From the NCBI GenBank assembly GCA_965248835.1, contig CBDFLJ010000002.1, forward strand, positions 2,432,001 through 2,496,000: DNA of 64,000 nucleotides, in the 5' to 3' direction. The notes under the pieces were generated by a model that saw only the letters and a list, made by a program, of their open reading frames with translations, ran no database searches and had not been told where the DNA came from. Below, in pieces: positions 57,237 to 64,000 of the stretch (position 1 is the stretch's first letter; the number at the start of each line of letters is the position of its first letter). Source of the DNA: Alphaproteobacteria bacterium (GTDB lineage: Bacteria; Pseudomonadota; Alphaproteobacteria; MPNO01). The translations under genes were made by a program, and so were the position numbers.

Positions 57237-58478
57237 TCAGGCCGCGCGGCTGGGCGGCGCGTAATCGGGGAAACGGTCCGAGACGTCCATGTTGAAGAAC
57301 TTGCGCGCGTTCTCGCCCAGGATGTTGCGCTTGGCGGTCTCGTCCAGGAACGGCAGGTCCCAGATCACCGAGGGCAGATCCATGTCCCAATGCGGGTAAT
57401 CCGAGCACCAGCAGAGCTGGGTCTCGGCCTTGATCATCTTGAAGGTCATCTCGAGGATATCGAGATCGTTGGGGACCTCCATCGGCTGGGAGGAATAGTA
57501 CATGTCCTGCATGTACTCGCTCGGCAGCTTCTTGAGCGACGGCGCTTCGGAGGAACGCATCCGGTAGTCGTTGTCCAGCCGCTGCATCAGCCACGGGACC
57601 CAGGCCAGGCCGGATTCGATCCACATCACCTTGAGCTTGGGGAAGCGCTCGGGCAGACCGTTGATCACCCAGTTCGCGCAATGCATGGCGTTGTAGATCG
57701 TAAAGCCCATCGCATGGGTGACCAGGAACCGGTTCGACGCCCCCAACAGCGGGTCGTTCCAGTTGTAGGAGGCGTGGAAGGCGAGCGGCTGGCCCATCTC
57801 CTCCATCAGGCGGTAGGTCTTCATGTAGGCGTTGTCGTAGACCGGCTTATAGCGGGTCGAGACGACGGAAAATCCGATCACGCCGTCCTTGTCGCCGAAG
57901 TCCTGGACCATCTTGTAGCTGGCATCGGGATCGTTGAACGGCAGATAGAGCATCGAGCGGATGCGCTTGTTCTGCGGCAGGATGTTCTCGACCAGCCAGC
58001 GGTTATAGGCCCGCGACATCTGGGCCTCGATCTCGGGCTGGGGGTGCAGGCCCAGGAGCAGCATCGGCGTGGGGAACATCGAGACGTAGTCCACGCCCAT
58101 CGACTCCATCCACTTGAGCGAGAGGTGGACATCGCGGTGGGTGCCATCGGCCGGCGTCTTCTCCAGCTTGCGCAAGGGATAGCGCATCACCCGGCCGGAG
58201 ACGTCCTGGTATCCCACCACGCCGGGGAGCAGCGGCGTCTGCGCGCCGGTCCCGGCGCCGCCGGTATAGGCGAGCCCGGTCTGCTTGATCACCGGGTCCT
58301 CGATATACTGGATGATGTCGCGCAGCGACTCGTTCTCGTAGTGGTGGCAGTCGACATCGATGATCAGCACGTCCTCCAGCCCGCGCTTGTCGCGCTGGCG
58401 GGCGGCGTTGATCAGCAGCTTCTCCGTATCGAAGCTCTCCACGGACATCTTGTGAATATCGCTTGTCGGAATATCCAT
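57237..58478 (-). CDS. Amidohydrolase_2-fold protein (candidate dinuclear oxygenase)
   Basis: IDVDCHHYE, FPT, AYNRW, FHA, IESG and SDYPHWD motifs. Confidence 0.88.
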   Translation of the reverse strand: MDIPTSDIHKMSVESFDTEKLLINAARQRDKRGLEDVLIIDVDCHHYENESLRDIIQYIEDPVIKQTGLAYTGGAGTGAQTPLLPGVVGYQDVSGRVMRYPLRKLEKTPADGTHRDVHLSLKWMESMGVDYVSMFPTPMLLLGLHPQPEIEAQMSRAYNRWLVENILPQNKRIRSMLYLPFNDPDASYKMVQDFGDKDGVIGFSVVSTRYKPVYDNAYMKTYRLMEEMGQPLAFHASYNWNDPLLGASNRFLVTHAMGFTIYNAMHCANWVINGLPERFPKLKVMWIESGLAWVPWLMQRLDNDYRMRSSEAPSLKKLPSEYMQDMYYSSQPMEVPNDLDILEMTFKMIKAETQLCWCSDYPHWDMDLPSVIWDLPFLDETAKRNILGENARKFFNMDVSDRFPDYAPPSRAA

Positions 58479-58491
58479 CGCTTGCTTCCCT

Positions 58492-58821
58492 TCAGGCGCC
58501 CGACCAGGCCTGCCACATGCCGAGCTCGAACAGCTCGACATTGACCGCCCGGAGCATTGCAGTGCACATGATCATGACCGCGGTTGCCGGCATCGCGCGG
58601 TCGTCGGTGAAGGGCGACCACCGCTCGCCGATCTGGAACTTGACGGTATAGAGCTTGGTCAGCGCGGTGAGGCCCTCCCGGATCAGCTCGTCCGGCGGCT
58701 CGGCCCCGTCATCGAGCGCCAGCAACTTCCGCGCGATTTCCTTCAGCGCCGCCGTCTCCTCGCCGACATCGGCCAGAAGATCGCCGACCTCTTCGGCATC
58801 CGGATCCTCAGGCGAGGACAT
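58492..58821 (-). CDS. Small hypothetical protein coupled to the Rieske gene
   Basis: 109 aa, GC3-rich, overlaps the Rieske stop; C-terminal MLRAVNVELFELGMWQ. Confidence 0.8.
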   Translation of the reverse strand: MSSPEDPDAEEVGDLLADVGEETAALKEIARKLLALDDGAEPPDELIREGLTALTKLYTVKFQIGERWSPFTDDRAMPATAVMIMCTAMLRAVNVELFELGMWQAWSGA

Positions 58822-59176
58822 AGATGCCGTCCTCTTTCTCGACGACGTCGTATTTCCTGAGCTTGAACGTCCTGTCCGCGACCATCACACCGGTCTCGAG
58901 ATCGTACTCCCACCCGTGCCACGGGCAGACGATATGCATCTCGTCGTGGTTGAACCGCATGCCCTGATAGGTCCGGTCATCGGCGATGACCTCCTCGACC
59001 TTGGCCATCAGCAGCCCCTCGCAGGCCGGCCCGCCCTGGTGCGCGCACAGGTTCTGGTAGGCATAGAGCTTGCCCTTGACGCGGTAGACGCCGATCTCGC
59101 TGCTGCCGTTGGGGACGATCTTGCGCTCCCCGTCGCCAATCTCCTCTGACTTGGCGATGAAGACTTCCTTTGCCAT
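58808..59176 (-). CDS. Rieske (2Fe-2S) ferredoxin
   Basis: CAHQGGP and CPWHGWEY motifs. Confidence 0.92.
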   Translation of the reverse strand: MAKEVFIAKSEEIGDGERKIVPNGSSEIGVYRVKGKLYAYQNLCAHQGGPACEGLLMAKVEEVIADDRTYQGMRFNHDEMHIVCPWHGWEYDLETGVMVADRTFKLRKYDVVEKEDGIYVLA

Positions 59177-59209
59177 GTACTCACTCTCCTGCGGGCCGGT
59201 TGTCGTTCC

Positions 59210-60052
59210 TCAATTGGTCGCCACCGACAGCGTCCGCGCCGCGGCGCCGCCCTGGTGCCGGTTCGCGCGGCTCTGCAGCCGGGTCATGCCGACATTGGCC
59301 AGCGCGGCCAGGGCGAAGATGATCAGGATGATCGCGTACATCTCCGCGATCCTGAACTGTTCGTAGTAGTTGCCCAGCCGGTATCCGAGCCCGCCGTCGG
59401 CGAACTTGAGCTCGGCGACGAGCACGCCGATCACGGTGATGGCCATACCGAGCCTGAGCCCGGTGATCACCGGGTTGACCATCGCCGGGATGTAGATCTT
59501 GGCCGCCATCTGCCAGCCGCTGAGATTGAAGCTCTTGCCCACGCGCAGCAGCACCGGGTTGATCAGGATCATGCCCAGCGCAGTCGAGAACACCACCGGG
59601 AAGAAGGCCGAAAGCGCCCCCTTGGCCATCTTGGAATCGATCCCGGTGCCGAAGATCAGGAACAGGATCGGCAGGAAGATGATCTTGGGCGTCGAGCCAA
59701 TCGCGTTCAGATAGGGCTCCAGCGCCTTGCGGAGCAGCGGGTTGACGCCCATCGAGATGCCGAGCGCGATGGCGATCGACGAGCCGACGATGAAGCCGAC
59801 GATATGCTCGGCGAAGGTGATGCCGAGGTCGCGGTAGAAGTCCGCAGCCGTCACCTCGTTCCACACCGCCAAGCCGATCTCCCACGACGATGGGATCACG
59901 TCGCCGTAGAGGACCTCCAAATTGCCGAGAAGCGCCAGCCCCTCCCAGGCGACCAGCAAGCCGACCACCGTGACGAGGCGGATGCGCCCGACCGACAGTT
60001 CGCGATCGGCTCCGGCCGCGGCGGTGCCGCGGATTACACCGGCCTGAGCCAT
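59210..60052 (-). CDS. ABC permease (NitT/TauT family)
   Basis: PKIIFLP, FFP and AE...GGLGY motifs. Confidence 0.9.
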   Translation of the reverse strand: MAQAGVIRGTAAAGADRELSVGRIRLVTVVGLLVAWEGLALLGNLEVLYGDVIPSSWEIGLAVWNEVTAADFYRDLGITFAEHIVGFIVGSSIAIALGISMGVNPLLRKALEPYLNAIGSTPKIIFLPILFLIFGTGIDSKMAKGALSAFFPVVFSTALGMILINPVLLRVGKSFNLSGWQMAAKIYIPAMVNPVITGLRLGMAITVIGVLVAELKFADGGLGYRLGNYYEQFRIAEMYAIILIIFALAALANVGMTRLQSRANRHQGGAAARTLSVATN

Positions 60053-60786
60053 TTCTCGATCCTCCCGAACCCCCAGTAGAAGATGACGCTCACCAGGATG
60101 ACGGCGATGATGCTGGCATAGGTGCCGGGCGTGTCGAAGCGGAAATACATCTCCGAGACGACCCGTCCCAGCCCGCCGAAGTCAATCAAATACTCGATCG
60201 CGACAATGTTGACGAGGGTGTACATCACCCCGATCCGGATGCCCGTGAAGATCGTCGGCACCGCCGCCGGCAACTGGATCTTCCAGAACATCTCGCGTTC
60301 GGAGACGTTGAAGCTGCGCCCGACATTGACCAGTGTGTCGGAGACCCCCAGCAATCCCTGCCGGGTCTGGATGATGATCGGGATGGAGCCCGGGATGAAC
60401 CCCATCATGATCAGCGTCAGGTGGGTGCGCCCGAAGATCACCAGGAACAGCGGATAGAGCAGCACCGTCGGCGCGGCGAAGGCGGCGGCGAGCCAGCCTT
60501 CGTAGGCGATGCCGAAGCGACGGTTGCGGTAGAGGAAGTAGCCGAACGGAATGCCGATCGCCAGGGCGATCGCCGTCGAGGCTGCGGTCATCCCGAGGGT
60601 CACCAGGAAGTTCCCGAACAGGTCCATCTCCTCCTGGACCGGCGGGAAGGCGAGGATCGCGTCGGACGGCCGCGGGACGACCAGCTCCATCACCCACCCG
60701 GCCGAGACGACCAGCTCCAGGGCCGCCACAAACGCGGCGACCCCGAGCAGGCCGACCAGGGCCGGCGATCGGGCAAGCGAGGTCAT
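60034..60786 (-). CDS. ABC permease (NitT/TauT family)
   Basis: LYPL, LPAAVPTIFTG.R and GGLG motifs. Confidence 0.9.
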   Translation of the reverse strand: MTSLARSPALVGLLGVAAFVAALELVVSAGWVMELVVPRPSDAILAFPPVQEEMDLFGNFLVTLGMTAASTAIALAIGIPFGYFLYRNRRFGIAYEGWLAAAFAAPTVLLYPLFLVIFGRTHLTLIMMGFIPGSIPIIIQTRQGLLGVSDTLVNVGRSFNVSEREMFWKIQLPAAVPTIFTGIRIGVMYTLVNIVAIEYLIDFGGLGRVVSEMYFRFDTPGTYASIIAVILVSVIFYWGFGRIEKWLRPV

Positions 60787-60812
60787 GGCCGGCCGGTCAC
60801 CGGCTCAGCGCC

Positions 60813-61778
60813 CTAGCTGGGCTTGTTGCCCATCGGATGGACCAGCTCGTGGAGCTGGGCCGGCGTCAGGAGCTTGTTGATGCGCTTGAACTTGAGCGCC
60901 ATTTCGTTGAGCTGCTGCATCTTGCCGAGCGGCAGGAAGGTCGCTTCGGTAAGAGGAATGAACTTGGGCGATTCCTTCACGTCCTCGTAATCGAGCTTCC
61001 AGCGCTTGGCGTAGGCACGTTGCTGCTTCTCGCTGGTATAGGTGATCTGCTGGCCTTCGACCATCGCCGCCATCATGCGCTGGGCGGTACCGCGGTTCTT
61101 GTCCAGCCAGTTGGAATTGGCCGCGATCACGCGGATCGTCACGCCGTTGAGCCCGGCCGCCAGGGTGCCGGTGCCGATCACCCGGATTTTCTTCTCACGC
61201 AGCAGGTTGCCGTTGAGCGGGAAGACCGACCAGCCGGACGCGACCTGGCCCGACATGACCTGGGTGCGCGAGCCCGACGGCCCGCCGACCGAGACCAGCT
61301 TGGCCGACAGATTGAGCGCATCCTTGAGGAACAGCGCCGTCAAATGGGTGGTCGAACCGGGACGGGAGTAGACCAGCTCCTTGCCGCCGTTGAGGTCCTG
61401 GAAGCTCTTGATCGGGCTGTCGGACTTGACATACCAGTAGAGGTCGCCGGTGCCCCGCTTGGTCGAGCCCAGGATGCGCACCGGCGCGCCCTTGGCGTAG
61501 GCCGCAATCACCGACAGCACGCCGACGCCGAAGCCCATGTCCTGGCTCGCGGTCATGATGGTCTGCAAGGTCGCCGCGCCGCCCGAGCCGAAGATGACAT
61601 CGACATCGAGGCCCATGCGGTCGAAGACGCCGTTTTCCTTGGCCGAAAAGACGTGCTCCATCTCGAAGACGACCTTGGTGCTGTTGATGAACCGCACCTT
61701 GTCGGCCGCAGCGGCCGGTCCGGCCGCCAGCACGGAAACGGCACCGGCAACCAGCAGCGATTTCATTGCCCTTGACAT
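60813..61778 (-). CDS. ABC substrate-binding protein (NitT/TauT family)
   Basis: Signal peptide; G.F...GLDV, SPIKS..DL and SRPGSTT motifs; GGAGG RBS. Confidence 0.88.
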   Translation of the reverse strand: MSRAMKSLLVAGAVSVLAAGPAAAADKVRFINSTKVVFEMEHVFSAKENGVFDRMGLDVDVIFGSGGAATLQTIMTASQDMGFGVGVLSVIAAYAKGAPVRILGSTKRGTGDLYWYVKSDSPIKSFQDLNGGKELVYSRPGSTTHLTALFLKDALNLSAKLVSVGGPSGSRTQVMSGQVASGWSVFPLNGNLLREKKIRVIGTGTLAAGLNGVTIRVIAANSNWLDKNRGTAQRMMAAMVEGQQITYTSEKQQRAYAKRWKLDYEDVKESPKFIPLTEATFLPLGKMQQLNEMALKFKRINKLLTPAQLHELVHPMGNKPS

Positions 61779-61855
61779 CCTTGCCTCCAATTTCGTTGGC
61801 TCTGTCGGTTCTCGATCGATGGTACGCGTGATTTCGGTCGCCGTCGATGCCCCGC

Positions 61856-62662
61856 TCAGCGGGCCGCCAGCGCCGCCTCGGCCTCGATCATGCCGCGCGA
61901 GGCCTCCTCGCGCAGCAGCGACCAGAGCTGGCCGACATAATGGCCGAACTCCGGCGTCGAGATCACTTCCGAGGAGCGCGGCCGCGGCAGGTCGATGGTG
62001 ATCTGCTCCTTGATGCGGCCCGGCCTGAAGGACATCACCACCACGCGGTCGGAGAGCTGGACCGCCTCGGTGATGTTGTGAGTGATCAGCAGCATGGTCT
62101 GGTTGAGCGCCGCCCATATCTCCAGCATCTTGTCGCCCAGGAGCATCCGGGTCTGCTCATCGAGCGCGCCGAACGGCTCGTCCATCAGCATGATCCGCGG
62201 CTCGTAGGCCAGCGTGCGCGCCACCGCGGTGCGCTGCTTCATGCCGCCCGAGAGCTGCGCCGGATAGTGGTTCTCGAAGCCCTCCAGCCCGACCAGCCGG
62301 ACGAAATTCCGGGCGCGTTCCTCGCGCTCGGGCTTGGCCATGCCCTGGACCTCCAGCGAGAACGCGACGTTGTCGAGCGTGGTCCGCCACGGGAAGGTCG
62401 ATTCCTCCTGGAAGACCACGCCGACGTCGCGGTGCGCGCCATCGACCGGATGGCCGTCGATAAGGACCGAGCCCTCGTGGCCGGCGATCAGCCCGCCGAC
62501 GATGTTGAACAACGTCGACTTGCCGCACCCGCTGGGCCCGATCACCGAGACGAACGCGCCCTCGGCAACGTTGAGCGTCACGCCGTCCAGCGCCTTGACC
62601 GGGTTCTCCCCGTCCGGGTCATAGGTCTTCGAGACCCCGGCGATTTCCAGGATATCGCCCAT
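61856..62662 (-). CDS. ABC ATP-binding protein (NitT/TauT family)
   Basis: GPSGCGKST, LSGGMKQR and MDEPFGALD motifs. Confidence 0.94.
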   Translation of the reverse strand: MGDILEIAGVSKTYDPDGENPVKALDGVTLNVAEGAFVSVIGPSGCGKSTLFNIVGGLIAGHEGSVLIDGHPVDGAHRDVGVVFQEESTFPWRTTLDNVAFSLEVQGMAKPEREERARNFVRLVGLEGFENHYPAQLSGGMKQRTAVARTLAYEPRIMLMDEPFGALDEQTRMLLGDKMLEIWAALNQTMLLITHNITEAVQLSDRVVVMSFRPGRIKEQITIDLPRPRSSEVISTPEFGHYVGQLWSLLREEASRGMIEAEAALAAR

Positions 62663-62815
62663 CCGTCTCCATCCGTGCTCGTTGCCGCGCCTTGGGTGCC
62701 GGGCCTTCCTCGCGCCGGCGGGCACTGCGTGGGATCATAGTCCCGCGCGGCGCCCGCCGGTGTCAACCGAGACGGCTCTTGCGCGCGGCGCAACAGCATG
62801 CCGAGAGGGACCGCG

Positions 62816-63892
62816 ATGGCCGAAAATTTCCTGACCACCCACGAGATCGTGCAGGCTGCACGGAGCCGCGCCAGCCAGCCGGTGTGGAACTACATCACCG
62901 GCGCGGCGGAGACCGAGACCACCATGCGGCGGAACCGCCATGGGCTCGACCGCATCGCGTTCCGGCCGCGGGTGCTGCGCGACGTCTCCACGATCGATCC
63001 CTCGGCGACGCTGCTGGGCCACCGGCTGCGCATCCCGGTGCTGCTGGCGCCGATCGGCTCTCTCCAGTCGATCACCGAGGACGGCGGTGTCGCCGTCGCC
63101 AAGGCCGCTGCCGCGTTCGGCACCATCAACATGGTCAGCACCGTCACCCAACCCAGCCTCGAAGAGATCGCGGCGGCGACCACAACCCCGAAGATCTTTC
63201 AGATCTATATCCGCGGCGATGACGGGTGGATCCGCGATCTGATCGACCGCGCGAAGGCGGCCGGCTATGCCGCGCTCGCACTGACCGTGGACTCCGCCTA
63301 TTACGGCCGGCGCGAGCGCCAGCTCCTCTCCCGCTGGCTGCCGCCGTCGGTGCGCACCCAGACCGGCCGGGAATGGCAGACCATGATCACCTGGGAGACG
63401 ATGGCGATGATGAAGGAGCACGGCGGCCTGCCCTTCATCCTCAAGGGCATCCAGACGGCCGAGGACGCGGTGCTCGCGCTCGAGCACGGGGTGGACATGA
63501 TCTACGTCTCCAACCACGGCGGCCGCCAGCTCGACCACGGTCAGGGCGCCATCGACATCCTGCGCGAGGTGGCCGACGCCGTCGAAGGCCGCGTCCCGGT
63601 GCTGGTCGATTCCGGCTTCATGCGCGGCACCGACATCCTCAAGGCGCTGGCGATGGGCGCAAGCGCGGTCGCCATCGGCCGCCTCCAGGCCTGGGCGCTG
63701 GCGGCCGGCGGCGCGCCGGCGCTGGTCCGCGCGCTGGAGATCCTCGAAGCCGAGATGACCAACGCCATGGGCCTGATCGGCGTGACAGCCCTCGACCAGC
63801 TCGGTCCGACCTATCTTGCCCAGGCGCCCTCGGTCACCGCCGCCCACGAACTCGGCGCGCTGCCCTTCCTGGACGACGCGTTCCGCCTGTAG
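62816..63892 (+). CDS. FMN-dependent alpha-hydroxy acid oxidase
   Basis: RPRVLRDV, LTVD, LKGI and SNHGGRQLD motifs. Confidence 0.94.
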   Translation: MAENFLTTHEIVQAARSRASQPVWNYITGAAETETTMRRNRHGLDRIAFRPRVLRDVSTIDPSATLLGHRLRIPVLLAPIGSLQSITEDGGVAVAKAAAAFGTINMVSTVTQPSLEEIAAATTTPKIFQIYIRGDDGWIRDLIDRAKAAGYAALALTVDSAYYGRRERQLLSRWLPPSVRTQTGREWQTMITWETMAMMKEHGGLPFILKGIQTAEDAVLALEHGVDMIYVSNHGGRQLDHGQGAIDILREVADAVEGRVPVLVDSGFMRGTDILKALAMGASAVAIGRLQAWALAAGGAPALVRALEILEAEMTNAMGLIGVTALDQLGPTYLAQAPSVTAAHELGALPFLDDAFRL

Positions 63893-63925
63893 GCAAACGG
63901 GACGGCGGCCGCTGCCCTTGCCGGC

Positions 63926-64000
63926 TCAGCTCGCGGTGCCGGTCGAAGCCTCGCCGCTGGCGCGGGTGACCATCGGCGCGCTGTAACCCGGCTGGACCAC
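63926..64000 (-). CDS. Probable 3' end of a gene entering from beyond the window
   Basis: 25 GC3-rich codons, VVQPGYSAPMVTRASGEASTGTAS*. Confidence 0.35.
   Translation of the reverse strand: MVQPGYSAPMVTRASGEASTGTAS

Noticed and set aside
1-64000. CRISPR array, rRNA, tRNA, riboswitch or prophage
   Set aside because: No periodic repeats or recognisable RNA or phage signatures seen by eye; a covariance-model scan would be needed to exclude small ncRNAs

Overview
High-GC bacterial chromosome segment, most likely from a Rhodospirillales-like alphaproteobacterium (the hisB-DUF2628-hisH-[GNAT]-hisA-hisF-hisE-HIT block is divergent from hslVU). The rest is dense accessory catabolism and transport: TRAP and ABC importers, two Rieske oxygenases, two orphan molybdenum-hydroxylase large subunits, amidohydrolases, a reductive-dehalogenase-like protein, alanine dehydrogenase and prpDBC. 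No tRNA, rRNA or CRISPR array was seen. The strongest signals that the ORF track misses or splits are five. (1) An AhpD-related selenoprotein (47112-48227) read through an in-frame UGA in a C-T-Y-U-T-A-G-H motif, followed by a bacterial SECIS-like hairpin. (2) A 2.6 kb collapsed mobile element (about 12514-15199) bounded by an 18/19-bp direct repeat; its recombinase, MOBF relaxase and SIR2-like genes are reduced to fossils while two toxin-antitoxin pairs stay intact. (3) An IS5-transposase fossil inserted in frame, with a 17-bp duplication, inside the NAD-binding motif of a dehydrogenase. (4) Two genes (a GNAT and a CoxS-like 2Fe-2S subunit) collapsed to short in-frame stubs that keep their start/stop overlaps. 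(5) A candidate amidohydrolase-fold dinuclear monooxygenase module (amidohydrolase, small unknown protein, Rieske ferredoxin, ABC importer). All family assignments come from motif recognition by eye; no searches were run.
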